From: Candidatus Niyogibacteria bacterium
Lineage (GTDB): Bacteria > Patescibacteriota > Minisyncoccia > HO2-45-28
Direction of reading: 5' to 3'
DNA: 64,000 nt
NCBI GenBank assembly: GCA_016432485.1
Contig: CP066691.1
Coordinates: 587,538 to 651,537 of the forward strand
Made by a program: the position numbers and the translations under genes. Shown here one piece after another: positions 46,932 to 56,521 of the stretch (position 1 is the first letter of the stretch; each line of letters opens with the position of its first letter). The notes under the pieces are model-generated. The model had not been told where the DNA came from. It worked only from the letters and a program-made list of their open reading frames with translations, and ran no database searches.

Positions 46932-48005
46932 TTATCTATGCAGTAAAAATTCCTCCAGCACTATTTTTGTCCGCAATTTTTTTCCGTTTCTTAAGACCTC
47001 CACATCAATTTTATCTCCTATTTTGCAGGAAGCGATCAAATCCTCAAGCGTTTCTTCCTCGGTTATATTTTTCTTATTAAAAGCGAGAATTACGTCATAT
47101 TCCTGAAGTCCCGCTTTTTCCGCGGCGCTTCCCGGAACTACTGCCGTATCTCCGGGCATTCCTTCGTTCATAATCAGAGCGCCATGGTCAATCGGCAAAT
47201 TGAATTTTTCCTGCAAAGATTTATTTAAAATCATATATCTTACTCCGAAAAAAGGTCTGCGTATGTGTCCGTATTTTTTAATTTCTTCAAGGTCTTTTTC
47301 CGCCTGATCTATGGGGATGGCAAAACCTATATTTTGCGCGCCGAATACCACTGCCGAATTTATGCCTATCGCGCGCCCTTCAATATCCACAAGCGGCCCG
47401 CCTGAATTTCCCGGGTTAATAGCCGCGTCCGTTTGAATCAACCCGCGAAGGCGCTGCTGATGCCCCAAAGGGTCGGTTATCGCGGTTATCAAGCGCGAGA
47501 GTCCCGAAACCACGCCGGTTGAAACCGAATTTTGAAATTCTCCCAAAGCGTTGCCGATAGCCACGACCGTCTGGCCCAATTCTATATTTTTTGCCGTACC
47601 AAGCTCTACTGCCGGAAGCTCTTTGCCGCCGGAATCAATTTTTAAAATAGCCACGTCATTTATCGGATCGCGCGCGAGTATTTTGGTTTCGTGTTTTTTG
47701 CCGTCATAAGTGATAACGCTGTAATCCGCTTTTGGATCGGCAATAACATGTTTATTGGTTAAAATAAGTCCGTTTTTAGTGATTAAAAATCCCGAACCTC
47801 CGCCGACTTTGATGCGGCCGTGTTCGTCGCGAGGAGCTTGGCGCAATTTTGATTCCAAAAAGGCCTGTTCCCGCGGATCCAGGTTGTAAAATTCCTCGGG
47901 CAAATCCGCGGCAATTTCTTTGAGATCCTTAGCCACGATAACGCTTACGACGGCCGGCATCACTTTTTTAACTGCTGTTATAATTTGTTTTTGGTAGTCT
48001 ATCAT
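46932..48005 (-). CDS. HtrA/DegP-family serine protease with PDZ domain
   Basis: H...D...GNSGGPLVD catalytic triad pattern; C-terminal PDZ. Confidence 0.8.
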   Translation of the reverse strand: MIDYQKQIITAVKKVMPAVVSVIVAKDLKEIAADLPEEFYNLDPREQAFLESKLRQAPRDEHGRIKVGGGSGFLITKNGLILTNKHVIADPKADYSVITYDGKKHETKILARDPINDVAILKIDSGGKELPAVELGTAKNIELGQTVVAIGNALGEFQNSVSTGVVSGLSRLITAITDPLGHQQRLRGLIQTDAAINPGNSGGPLVDIEGRAIGINSAVVFGAQNIGFAIPIDQAEKDLEEIKKYGHIRRPFFGVRYMILNKSLQEKFNLPIDHGALIMNEGMPGDTAVVPGSAAEKAGLQEYDVILAFNKKNITEEETLEDLIASCKIGDKIDVEVLRNGKKLRTKIVLEEFLLHR

Positions 48006-48070
48006 GATATTCAGTATACCTTTTTTAAAAATAAAAAAAATCCCCCGCGATGAGGGGATTGGGGACGGCT

Positions 48071-48478
48071 TTACTGCGGGGACAAGGGGCGTGATTCTAA
48101 AAATTCCCTTTTGGTATTATAAAAACAAGGAGAGATTTCCCTCAACGCCTCCCAAAATTTTATTTTCAGGTGATTTCGCGCCGCCAACACAATGTCTGAC
48201 TCTGGAGAAGGCGCTTCACCGAGAGCGGCGTAAAAACGACATTTGACGTCAAGCAAGGCATTGTCAATTTGATTTTCAATACCGCGCAAAATGGATATAA
48301 TTTTTTCTTTTTCCTCCTGTGTCAACGGCGTCTTCGAATAAAGGATCATTTTTAAACGCTCATCTTGTTTTCTAATGGCCTCGAGATTCGGTTCGATAAC
48401 CTCATGTACAACATTTCTGCTTATGCCGGCTAGCCGATGTAAAACGTCAACAAAACTCACCAACCCTTCTCGCGCCAA
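48071..48478 (-). CDS. hypothetical helical protein
   Basis: 135 aa; no motif. Confidence 0.4.
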   Translation of the reverse strand: MAREGLVSFVDVLHRLAGISRNVVHEVIEPNLEAIRKQDERLKMILYSKTPLTQEEKEKIISILRGIENQIDNALLDVKCRFYAALGEAPSPESDIVLAARNHLKIKFWEALREISPCFYNTKREFLESRPLSPQ

Positions 48479-48565
48479 TGCCTTGCCTCCTTAGCTAGTT
48501 GTCAAAGCGGACTATTTTTCCTACTCTATTAGATAGATTACGGACTTAATAAGTTTTGTCAACAC

Positions 48566-48637
48566 GCCCCTGTCGTTCAATGGATAGGACGAAGGTTTCC
48601 TAAACCTTAAATCCAAGTTCGATTCTTGGCAGGGGCA
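48566..48637 (+). tRNA. tRNA-Arg(CCT)
   Basis: GCCCCTGTCGTTCAATGGATAGGAC..., anticodon loop TTCCTAA. Confidence 0.85.
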
Positions 48638-48641
48638 CTAT

Positions 48642-49190
48642 ATGGTGTTTTTCACAGGAAAAGGCGATGACGGAAAAACAGGCCGCTTCGGATGCGACCA
48701 GAGGATTTCAAAAAGCTCGGCTATTGCCGAAGCGCTAGGATGCGTGGATGAAATAAATTCTTTTTTGGGCGTTTGCAAAGTGAAAGCGGACGGTTTTGAT
48801 GTGGCGGGCAGAGAAATTCGCGGCCTGATTTCAGACATTCAAAACGACCTTTTCGTGATTCAGGCGGAGCTTGGCGGATATTCCAAATTAAAAATCGGGG
48901 AAGAGAAAGTTAAAAAACTTGAAGAATATGTAAATTGGATTGAGCGCGAGCTTCCGCCGATAAAAACATTTTTTGTCGCTGGAGGAACGGAATTGTCGGC
49001 TCTTTTTGATTACGCCCGCGCCGTCGTAAGGCGCGCCGAACGCAGGGCAGTGCTTGTTTCCGAACAGTCGCCGGAAGATTTTAATCCAAATATTTTGGCT
49101 TATCTCAACCGTCTTTCAAGTATTCTTTACGCCTTGGCGCGTTTTGCTAATTTTAAGGCGGGCGTCCCCGAAGAACCGCCTAGGTATTAA
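48642..49190 (+). CDS. PduO-type ATP:cob(I)alamin adenosyltransferase
   Basis: FTGKGDDGKTGRFGCDQRISK...AEALGCVDEINSFLG N-terminal signature. Confidence 0.75.
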   Translation: MVFFTGKGDDGKTGRFGCDQRISKSSAIAEALGCVDEINSFLGVCKVKADGFDVAGREIRGLISDIQNDLFVIQAELGGYSKLKIGEEKVKKLEEYVNWIERELPPIKTFFVAGGTELSALFDYARAVVRRAERRAVLVSEQSPEDFNPNILAYLNRLSSILYALARFANFKAGVPEEPPRY

Positions 49191-49231
49191 GATTGAAATT
49201 TAGTTTTTCGGAATCTATAATTTTAGTTTAA

Positions 49232-49303
49232 GGGCCTGTAGCTTAGAGGAAAAGCGTGTGCATGGCATGCACAAGACCGCGGGTTCGAGTCCCGCCAGGT
49301 CCA
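49232..49303 (+). tRNA. tRNA-Ala(GGC)
   Basis: GGGCCTGTAGCTTAG..., G3:U70, anticodon loop ATGGCAT. Confidence 0.8.
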
Positions 49304-49351
49304 CAACACGTTATGTAATATAAAAAGCTCCACTGGAGTGGAGCATTAGGA

Positions 49352-49555
49352 TTATGTGCTCGCTATGAGCTCCCCATCAACTTTAACAATAGCTCTCTCG
49401 TCCCATTCATAGTTAATTCCTGGATGCCCATCAATCTCAACCGAAAGCGTATGGTCATTATCAAACGTGAACACGATTATTCTCTCTTTTGGAAAAATTG
49501 AGTAGTGCCGGAGTTCATTCTCCTTAAAAACCTTACGAATCTCGTCCAGATTCAT
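49352..49555 (-). CDS. small hypothetical protein
   Basis: 67 aa; preceded by a hairpin terminator at 49322-49347. Confidence 0.35.
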   Translation of the reverse strand: MNLDEIRKVFKENELRHYSIFPKERIIVFTFDNDHTLSVEIDGHPGINYEWDERAIVKVDGELIAST

Positions 49556-49832
49556 GGCCTCTTACCTCCCTTCTGTAGCAGTTCGTTCTATAATTTACAC
49601 TATTGTAGTTCAGGTTGTTTTGCAAGAGGTTGCCAATTCAGCATTTCGTTTGTAATCTGGTTCCAATTAGTACGGACGTAGTCCACTGTATGATACTTCG
49701 AGTCGGAGAATTGCTGATTTATCCCGTTAATTTTGCAAAGCAAAATTTTTACGGGGCCAAAATCGGATAGGCCGCGAATACGCCACCCGCATGGCGTATT
49801 GGGAAAGCTTTGGCCTACAGGCAATAGCTCGT

Positions 49833-49870
49833 CCCCACACCCACACCTACGCATAGGTGTGGGTGTGGGG
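49833..49870. repeat. perfect 38-nt palindrome (17-bp stem, 4-nt loop), CA/CCC-rich
   Basis: ccccacacccacaccta-cgca-taggtgtgggtgtgggg, with no T-run. A second hairpin aatacgcca-cccgc-tggcgtatt lies at 49777-49800. Confidence 0.8.
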
Positions 49871-49919
49871 GCTCGCCTAACTTTGGACTTTTGTTGAGGC
49901 AATTGATATAGTAACAGCA

Positions 49920-51041
49920 ATGAGATTTGCGCCTAAAAAAATTACACTATTGATTGCGGGGATGGTGTTTACCGCCGGACTTGCGGCGAGTTTTGTCGTC
50001 CCTGCCTTCGCCGGTGATCCGGTTGGAGGGCTTGATATAACTATTGAACAGATTCCCGGAGGGCTGGTTTCTACCAAAAATTATAGTTCTTCATTGTCAA
50101 ATAAATCAGCGGGACTAATAAGAATGGAAGTCGGGGATGTGCTTTTACGCTATGGCGTTGGCGGCGCGGATATCAACAAAGTAACAGACGCACTTGAAGG
50201 CAAGGGTGTTTACGAAGCTGAACTCAAATCATTTCTAATCGCGATCGGAGTCAATGAAAAAGGCGTTCAGGAAGTCATTGCCAAACTTGACGAGCTTGGT
50301 GCCGCGTCAAACGCGGCTCCTGCCGCGTCAAACGCGGTTGAGACCGGAGCTGATTCTACTGAAAAAGAATCTGCGGGAGACGGTAACGCGCACGGCTTTC
50401 CCGATCGCAGAGCTGATTCTCCCAAAAAAGAATTTACTTCAGGAGCGGTTTTTGCTCCGGCCGCGAGGGAAACTCCGCAACCCGCGACAGTAAACCCAGA
50501 ACTTCATAGGCCGCCCACATCGCTAAAAGAACTGGACACTAGCGAAAACGCGAAGGTACTTCGCGATAATTTCCGAGAAAATGTAAGAACACTGTTTAAA
50601 GACGACGGGACTCCGTTGCGCCGCATTGCCGTCGCCCACGGCAAAGGACTGCGCATGCTCAACCGTTTTCGCTCGGCAATGGCTCGGTTTGACCATATTT
50701 TAGGCCGGCTGGAATCGCGGATTGAAAAAATGAGAATTGAAATTGAGGCTGAAGAGCGCGCGGCGACGGGCAACACAAAGAGCAAATTTCCGCCAGAGAA
50801 CGATGCCTCTCTTATTGAAAGAGCCAAAAATATGCAAGTTGAAAACGAGGCAAAGATGGAAGAACTTAAAGCAAAATACGAATCATTGCTTCTCGGTGAA
50901 AACGCGGGAGGAATCGCAAAAGAAGCCCGCGCCATAGCCGCGGAGCTTAAAGCAGACATAGAAAACCTCCGCGCCATAATTATTGAGATATATACATTTG
51001 CCGATGATTACAATAGTTCCAGATCAAATACCAGCATATAA
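49920..51041 (+). CDS. secreted hypothetical protein
   Basis: Signal peptide ...VPAFA-GDP; C-terminal half charged and coiled-coil-like. Confidence 0.5.
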   Translation: MRFAPKKITLLIAGMVFTAGLAASFVVPAFAGDPVGGLDITIEQIPGGLVSTKNYSSSLSNKSAGLIRMEVGDVLLRYGVGGADINKVTDALEGKGVYEAELKSFLIAIGVNEKGVQEVIAKLDELGAASNAAPAASNAVETGADSTEKESAGDGNAHGFPDRRADSPKKEFTSGAVFAPAARETPQPATVNPELHRPPTSLKELDTSENAKVLRDNFRENVRTLFKDDGTPLRRIAVAHGKGLRMLNRFRSAMARFDHILGRLESRIEKMRIEIEAEERAATGNTKSKFPPENDASLIERAKNMQVENEAKMEELKAKYESLLLGENAGGIAKEARAIAAELKADIENLRAIIIEIYTFADDYNSSRSNTSI

Positions 51042-51043
51042 TC

Positions 51044-51382
51044 ATGACTACGAATAAAAACAAACTCATCATCGCAATCATTGTTCTCGCTGTTGTCGCG
51101 GGAGGAGTATTATTTTTCTTGAATCGCGGCCCCTCGTATCAAAAAGAATCCGTTACGGTTGAACAGGATTTAACTCCGATTGAATTGACTCAAGAAGAAC
51201 AGCGGGCGCTTCAGGCCGAGGGGCTCGTTATGCCGTCCGGGGACGACGCAGCTGCGAAAAAATTGCAAACCGTGCGAACTTCCGACGAACTCGGCGCCAT
51301 TGGGGCTGACCTCAACGAAACAGACCTATCAGAACTTGACGCTGAACTTGATGCGATTGAGAGCGACCTTTCGGGATTATAA
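51044..51382 (+). CDS. membrane-anchored acidic hypothetical protein
   Basis: N-terminal TM; acidic C-terminus. Confidence 0.4.
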   Translation: MTTNKNKLIIAIIVLAVVAGGVLFFLNRGPSYQKESVTVEQDLTPIELTQEEQRALQAEGLVMPSGDDAAAKKLQTVRTSDELGAIGADLNETDLSELDAELDAIESDLSGL

Positions 51383-51398
51383 CCGCAGTCCTTTTTAT

Positions 51399-51436
51399 TT
51401 TAAAAAATAAAAAAGAGCCGAAGAAATAGTTGCCCA
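51399..51436. terminator. bidirectional terminator
   Basis: aagagccgaa-gaaatagttgcccat-tcggctctt flanked by A/T runs. Confidence 0.55.
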
Positions 51437-51464
51437 TTCGGCTCTTTTCGCGCGGCTTAACCCT

Positions 51465-52025
51465 TCACTCGCGCGGCATGACATACATCCCGCGAATTAA
51501 CTTGCTGTTGGGATATTTTTTAATAAGTTCTTTTAAATAGCGTTTATCTCCGCTGTTCCAAGCGTAAAGATAATAAAGCGCGAACGCCGCTGTCGGTTCG
51601 TTAAGGTCCTCTCTGGATGTCGGGTCTGATATTTTGCCGTTCGGGTGATTCACGACTATATCCTTAAGCCAATGATTGGCTTTTTTCCTGCTGTTTTTAT
51701 CAAATTTTATGCCTGGAAAAAGTTCCTCTTCTCCCCGAGTCGCTCTGGATAGCTTATAAAACTCGGCGATGCGCAGTTTGGCGTCATCCACCAGATGGCT
51801 TTTAGGGTATTTTTTTATAAAGGCCTTATAATTCTTTATAATCCGCGGGTAGATGACCTCTATTTTTACTTTAAGGTCATCGCTTGAATAAAGTTGCTGA
51901 AAAATACCCAGATATTCGTTGAGCTCATCGGCAAACGCTATAAGCTTCGCGTTTGCCAATCCCGAACCCGCGAAAAAACAAAAAACAAGGATAAAAAAAT
52001 GAAGGAGCGTTTTTCGGATTGTCAT
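51465..52025 (-). CDS. secreted hypothetical protein
   Basis: Start placed at the internal Met (MTIRKTLLHFFILVF... signal peptide). The 5' extension in the track overlaps the DUF192 gene. Confidence 0.45.
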   Translation of the reverse strand: MTIRKTLLHFFILVFCFFAGSGLANAKLIAFADELNEYLGIFQQLYSSDDLKVKIEVIYPRIIKNYKAFIKKYPKSHLVDDAKLRIAEFYKLSRATRGEEELFPGIKFDKNSRKKANHWLKDIVVNHPNGKISDPTSREDLNEPTAAFALYYLYAWNSGDKRYLKELIKKYPNSKLIRGMYVMPRE

Positions 52026-52121
52026 TGCCCGCGGCCCCATCCCTTTAATTCCTTTTCCGATCTCCAACTTCAGAATAGCGCATGATGTCCAATTCCGCCA
52101 ATTGCCATTAATATAATAGTT

Positions 52122-52562
52122 ATGGGCCCGATAAGATTCAGAATCTTTTTTCTTTTGGTCGCGGCCGCGGTTAGCGGCGGATTTTTTTATTTTTACGCGC
52201 CGCCGTCTCCAGTATCGGATGTTTACGTCTCCGGCCAAAAAATCGCGGTTGAACTGGCTAATACTCCGGCCAAAAGGATACAAGGCCTTTCCGGCAGAAA
52301 CGCGCTCGGGCAAAACGAGGGAATGTTTTTTGTTTTTGAAAAACCGGATTACTACGCTTTCTGGATGCGCGATATGAATTTTAAAATAGATATTATCTGG
52401 ATTGATGAGAATAAAAAAATCGTTGATATCGTGAAAAACGCCGCGCCGGAATCATATCCTGAAAAATTTTCTCCGCAAAGCCCCGCACAGTATGTTCTGG
52501 AAGTAAACGCCGGCCTTGTCGATGAACATAAAATAAATATCGGCGATCGGGTTGAGTTTTAA
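52122..52562 (+). CDS. DUF192-family protein
   Basis: GLSGR...GMFFVF...FWMRDM...IDIIWID pattern typical of DUF192/COG1430. Confidence 0.6.
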   Translation: MGPIRFRIFFLLVAAAVSGGFFYFYAPPSPVSDVYVSGQKIAVELANTPAKRIQGLSGRNALGQNEGMFFVFEKPDYYAFWMRDMNFKIDIIWIDENKKIVDIVKNAAPESYPEKFSPQSPAQYVLEVNAGLVDEHKINIGDRVEF

Positions 52563-52638
52563 GTTAATTGGGCAAGCAAATGGGGGAAATTTATATCTAT
52601 TTTTGCCTCTTTACATCCTAAAATATAATTGTTAATAT

Positions 52639-52869
52639 TTGGTTATGAAATACTTAAATTTTTCTGTGATTATTGAAGAAGACAAGGATGGTTTTTTTGC
52701 TTTTTGTCCGGAACTTCGGGGGTGCTACACGCAAGGAAATACTTACGAGGAAGCGCTAAAAAACATAAAAGACGCCATAAAACTCCACCTTGCCGACATA
52801 GAGAAAAACAGGGAAAAACTGGAACGACCCAAATCCATTAGTTTGGCAACTGTTGAGGTAGCTGTTTAA
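52639..52869 (+). CDS. hicB: HicB-family antitoxin
   Basis: YSVIIEEDKDGFFAFCPELRGCYTQGNTYEEALKN (UPF0150 fold); directly upstream of hicA. Confidence 0.7.
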   Translation: MVMKYLNFSVIIEEDKDGFFAFCPELRGCYTQGNTYEEALKNIKDAIKLHLADIEKNREKLERPKSISLATVEVAV

Positions 52870-52876
52870 TTTTATT

Positions 52877-53104
52877 GTGTCTAGCGGGCTTCCGAGGACA
52901 AGAGCCAAGGATATAATCCGAGTTTTAGAAAAAATCGGATTTAGTTTTGCGCGTCAAAGCGGAAGTCATAAAATTTATAAAAATACCGAAAACAAACGAG
53001 TAACCGTGCCGTTTCACAACAACACTATTTTACATCCAAAAGTTTTAAAAAGTATCTTAAAAGACGCCGATATTGATGCCGAACAGTTGAAAAAACTGCT
53101 TTAG
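52877..53104 (+). CDS. hicA: HicA-family mRNA interferase toxin
   Basis: KDIIRVLEKIGF...RQSGSHKIY motif; 75 aa. Confidence 0.7.
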   Translation: MSSGLPRTRAKDIIRVLEKIGFSFARQSGSHKIYKNTENKRVTVPFHNNTILHPKVLKSILKDADIDAEQLKKLL

Positions 53105-53113
53105 TTTTGTTTA

Positions 53114-53136
53114 GGGGCCTAGAGGGATTTGAACCC
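53114..53136 (-). repeat. partial copy (20 of 21 nt) of the 3' end of tRNA-His (T-arm + acceptor strand)
   Basis: ggggcctagagggatttgaaccc versus gggtgcctagagggattcgaaccc at 58251-58273. No 5' tRNA half is present. Confidence 0.6.
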
Positions 53137-53236
53137 GCAACCTATTTTGCCACATGGAAACGCTCTGCCGTCGCTCTTTTTATTTCTTCATTGACCGTTC
53201 ATAGGTTGGGGTATAGCGTTAAATTAGAGATGGTCT

Positions 53237-53638
53237 TTGTATGAGAATGCCTCGGAGAACGACATGAAACAGTGGCATCCCGAAGCTGCGTGGCGTCTTT
53301 TGCCTGAAGAAAACCACGCGCTTCAATGCGCGTTTGAAACGGCATGGGACGCGGCCCTGCTTGAAGTAAAAGATTTCGCCGCATCTCATCGAGATATTGA
53401 AGTCCTTATGATTACATTTAAAAGTTGCGTTCCGGGGGTCATTTTGCCGGCGGCCGATGATTTTGAAATATTCAAACGGGTTATTGAATACGAGCTGGAT
53501 CGCTTAAATAATATTGATGAGCTCGGATCTACGGGATGCGGCAGCGACGATTGTTCGGCAGCGCGGCATCGCAAGGCGCTTAAGTCATTTTTAAAAAATA
53601 AGCTCGGCGTCAATTACAGACCCGCCGCCGATACTTAG
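53237..53638 (+). CDS. hypothetical protein (GC-rich)
   Basis: 133 aa; followed by a hairpin terminator at about 53655-53690. Confidence 0.4.
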   Translation: MYENASENDMKQWHPEAAWRLLPEENHALQCAFETAWDAALLEVKDFAASHRDIEVLMITFKSCVPGVILPAADDFEIFKRVIEYELDRLNNIDELGSTGCGSDDCSAARHRKALKSFLKNKLGVNYRPAADT

Positions 53639-53689
53639 AGTTTCAACTCAATAAAAAAGTGCGCGACCTATGTCCGCGCGCCTTTTTTA

Positions 53690-54076
53690 TTATTTTCTTT
53701 CTTTATAAGAAAATAAAAGATAATACATTGAAAGGAAAACAAGGTTAAAAAGCATACAATTGTAAGTGAGGGTTTCAGAAAAAGGAAGATATTGATTTAA
53801 AAACGCGGCGGCGAAAACGGCGGTATGGACAAAAAAGGCGGATTTAAAAACAGGTTGACTATAAGACGTGGCCGCGTAGGCAAAAAGCGCGAGCGTAAAT
53901 ATGACCCATGCCGGATGCGCGAATGACTGCCAATTTATGATATTCGGCCCGTCGACGGCCAGATATTTCAGGCCGTCAAACGCTATGACGATGCCGAAGA
54001 TGGATGCGTATAAAATAAGTTTTCGTTTCATATTAAGAAGGTTCCGACTTTTTTTAGTTAATGGGTCGGCAAACAA
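53690..54076 (-). CDS. polytopic membrane protein (hypothetical)
   Basis: Four predicted TM helices. Confidence 0.4.
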   Translation of the reverse strand: MFADPLTKKSRNLLNMKRKLILYASIFGIVIAFDGLKYLAVDGPNIINWQSFAHPAWVIFTLALFAYAATSYSQPVFKSAFFVHTAVFAAAFLNQYLPFSETLTYNCMLFNLVFLSMYYLLFSYKERK

Positions 54077-54096
54077 AGCCGCGCGGTCGAAGGATT

Positions 54097-54324
54097 TTAT
54101 AGCAGTTTTATAAATTCAGGCACAGAGAAGCCGATCTGTTTTATTATTGATTTAAGCGTTTTTGGCGTAAGTTCTTTTCTGTGGAACGGAATCGTTACTC
54201 TTAGTTTGCTTTTTGCCAGATGGCGCAGCTGAATGTGGCTTCCGCTTTGATGAAATTCATAAAAACCGGCTCGTTTGAGAGCTTTGATAACCAATGCGGA
54301 TGGGATGCGCGGTAATTTTGGCAA
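54097..54324 (-). CDS. hicA: HicA-family toxin (second copy)
   Basis: ALKRAGFYEFHQSGSHIQL motif. Confidence 0.65.
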   Translation of the reverse strand: MPKLPRIPSALVIKALKRAGFYEFHQSGSHIQLRHLAKSKLRVTIPFHRKELTPKTLKSIIKQIGFSVPEFIKLL

Positions 54325-54329
54325 ACGAT

Positions 54330-54566
54330 TTAAATGCTAGCTGTAACTTTCTCTCTTCGTCTGGTGTTGCCAATAAAAAAGGCCTCGTCTTTGAGAACGG
54401 CCTCCAAATAACATTTTATGGCATCTTGCGCCATTTCTCGAGCTTCTTTTAAATTATTTCCTTCTGTCACTAAACCCGGGAGTTTGGGAACTGTAACCGT
54501 ATATCCCGCGCCATTTGGCTCAAAAACAACTTCGTATTGTAATATATTTTCCTTACGTTTTTTCAT
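54330..54566 (-). CDS. hicB: HicB-family antitoxin (second copy)
   Basis: YEVVFEPNGAGYTVTVPKLPGLVTEGNNLKEAREMAQDAI. Confidence 0.65.
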   Translation of the reverse strand: MKKRKENILQYEVVFEPNGAGYTVTVPKLPGLVTEGNNLKEAREMAQDAIKCYLEAVLKDEAFFIGNTRRREKVTASI

Positions 54567-54767
54567 ATAGAAATATTATAACGCCATATTGCCAAAAATC
54601 AAATTTAACCCGGGTCAGCAAACAAGGCCGCGTCGCGTCAAACGCGATAGCGATTTGACGCGGTGGAATTAGTTCGAACCTGTTTTACGGTTGCCGTATG
54701 ATATTTCGGGTTGGCTTTGATTGCTGTTGCAAAAATCACCCCCACCCTGTAAAATCAACCCATAATC

Positions 54768-55313
54768 ATGGAATATTATATCCTTTTTCAAGGGCGCATT
54801 GATAAAGACGCGTCCTTGGCATTGATAAATGCGCTACTGGAGGCCAACGGAAAAAAAGAGGCCGAACATATAACCATGCTTTTTTCTTCAGTAGGAGGCT
54901 TTATTTACTATGGATTTAATATCGCTACCGTCATCAAAAATCTTGAAAAACCAATAAGAATTCATGCCACAAACGAAATAAGTTCAATAGCTAATGTTGT
55001 TTATTTGTCGGCAAAAGAAAGATCAGCCGAATCTTATGCCAAATTCTTTTTGCACGGAGCTTCAGTTGAGGGTAATCTTAGTTTAAACCTTGAAGATTTG
55101 AATGAACAAGTTTCGTCTATACAAGTCCAAAATGATAGACTGGCTAGGTTTATTTTTGAAACCACTGGAACTTCGATTGAAGAAATAAATCAAATGATGA
55201 AAGGCCGCAGATCTTTGTCGTCCGAGGAAGCTTTCAAGTATAATATTGTTCTTGAAGTAAAAGAGGAGCAGATACCAGTTGGCGCTTTAAGAAAAGATGT
55301 TATTTTCGTATAA
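54768..55313 (+). CDS. ClpP-like (S14 fold) serine peptidase, stand-alone
   Basis: MLFSSVGG...SSIANVVY...FFLHGAS aligns with the ClpP SPGG / GxAASM / MIHQP blocks. No clpX or clpA is nearby. Confidence 0.5.
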   Translation: MEYYILFQGRIDKDASLALINALLEANGKKEAEHITMLFSSVGGFIYYGFNIATVIKNLEKPIRIHATNEISSIANVVYLSAKERSAESYAKFFLHGASVEGNLSLNLEDLNEQVSSIQVQNDRLARFIFETTGTSIEEINQMMKGRRSLSSEEAFKYNIVLEVKEEQIPVGALRKDVIFV

Positions 55314-55320
55314 TTAAAAT

Positions 55321-55548
55321 ATGCTAAAAGAAAGTCTTAAAAATAAGATTAAAGAAATACTTGAAAAAATGGGTTGTGTTGATATTCAATTCTCAAATGG
55401 CACAGAAAATGAGGCCGCTGTTAGATTTAATTGCGAGATTTTGATAAGTTTTAAGACCGACCTGGAGGATTGGATATATTCAGGTATTCAACGTAACGAT
55501 CTTGGGGAACAAAAGTACAAGATTGGGTTTAAACGTAAGAGCAACTAG
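55321..55548 (+). CDS. small hypothetical protein
   Basis: 75 aa. Confidence 0.3.
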   Translation: MLKESLKNKIKEILEKMGCVDIQFSNGTENEAAVRFNCEILISFKTDLEDWIYSGIQRNDLGEQKYKIGFKRKSN

Positions 55549-55594
55549 GTTTTTAGGGTTATAAATCTTGAACCCCGTTTTTAAAAACGACTCT

Positions 55595-55807
55595 TCACTT
55601 ATCTAAATAACGATCTAGTTTTTTATATGATTTACTTATTAAACGAGAAATTTTATATATGACAAAAAGAGCAAAAAACCCAATAATGATTAGTAAGAAC
55701 CACCCACTAATGTCTAATAATTCCCGACCAAGGCCAGTTGTGGGTTTTAGATGATCTGGAGTTTCAACCGGTATTCCTCGTGAAAAATCAAATTCTTTTG
55801 GCGGCAT
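55595..55807 (-). CDS. small membrane protein
   Basis: 70 aa; one TM. Confidence 0.35.
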   Translation of the reverse strand: MPPKEFDFSRGIPVETPDHLKPTTGLGRELLDISGWFLLIIIGFFALFVIYKISRLISKSYKKLDRYLDK

Positions 55808-55846
55808 ATTATTAATTATAATGGATATTGTAAGTATTTGATACCG

Positions 55847-56296
55847 TTAAAATGTTCTATTTTTACAATGTCTCCAATCGTCCTCCATGATCGGATCTCC
55901 AACGCTAGCCCATCTATTAATGCAATCTACAAAATCTTCTAGTTTTGTTTTCGTATCTTCTGCAAATTCTTTTGCGTCTTCAAGCTGGCCTTGTAATGTA
56001 GATACGGCCCACTCTAAATCACTAATCTGACTTTCTAAATCATTAACTCTCCCCTCCAGTTCAGAATAACTTTGCCCATAAGTAGTTGGAGTTATTACCG
56101 TTTGTTTTTTAACTCCGCTTTCTTTTACGGAATGAATTTGCTCTAAATCAAACAGTGTTTCGCGTGGAGCCAAAGAAGAAGCGGTGTTATCATTTGGTTT
56201 TTCATTAAACACTGTAATATAAACCGCGGAGACCAATATGGATGTGAATAGTATTATCAGTAATGTTTTTATGCTGTAATTTTTCATGTCTTTCAA
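55847..56296 (-). CDS. membrane-anchored coiled-coil protein
   Basis: N-terminal TM; LESQISDLEWAVSTLQGQLEDAKE heptad region. Confidence 0.4.
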   Translation of the reverse strand: MKDMKNYSIKTLLIILFTSILVSAVYITVFNEKPNDNTASSLAPRETLFDLEQIHSVKESGVKKQTVITPTTYGQSYSELEGRVNDLESQISDLEWAVSTLQGQLEDAKEFAEDTKTKLEDFVDCINRWASVGDPIMEDDWRHCKNRTF

Positions 56297-56328
56297 CCAC
56301 TGAAGCTAATTTTGTTTGAGCCGGTTTT

Positions 56329-56517
56329 TCATAAAAACTTTTGGCGATTTTCGCCGTGTTCTTTGCCAAGATTATAAGCCAAAACAGCGGCGTAGATAAT
56401 ACCATAGAAAATATGGAAAGTTTGACCAAAGTCTACACTATCCATAGCCGCATCAATAAACGCCAATGCCAGGGGAGAAATTATATATAAAAATAAGAGT
56501 ATATTTTTTATTTTCAT
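56329..56517 (-). CDS. small membrane protein
   Basis: 62 aa; two TM. Confidence 0.3.
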   Translation of the reverse strand: MKIKNILLFLYIISPLALAFIDAAMDSVDFGQTFHIFYGIIYAAVLAYNLGKEHGENRQKFL

Positions 56518-56521
56518 ATTA

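Noticed and set aside
52026-52313. 5' extension of ORF 51465-52313 (about 96 aa, basic)
   Set aside because: It overlaps the DUF192 gene on the opposite strand. The downstream Met begins a canonical signal peptide, so the start is moved to 52025.
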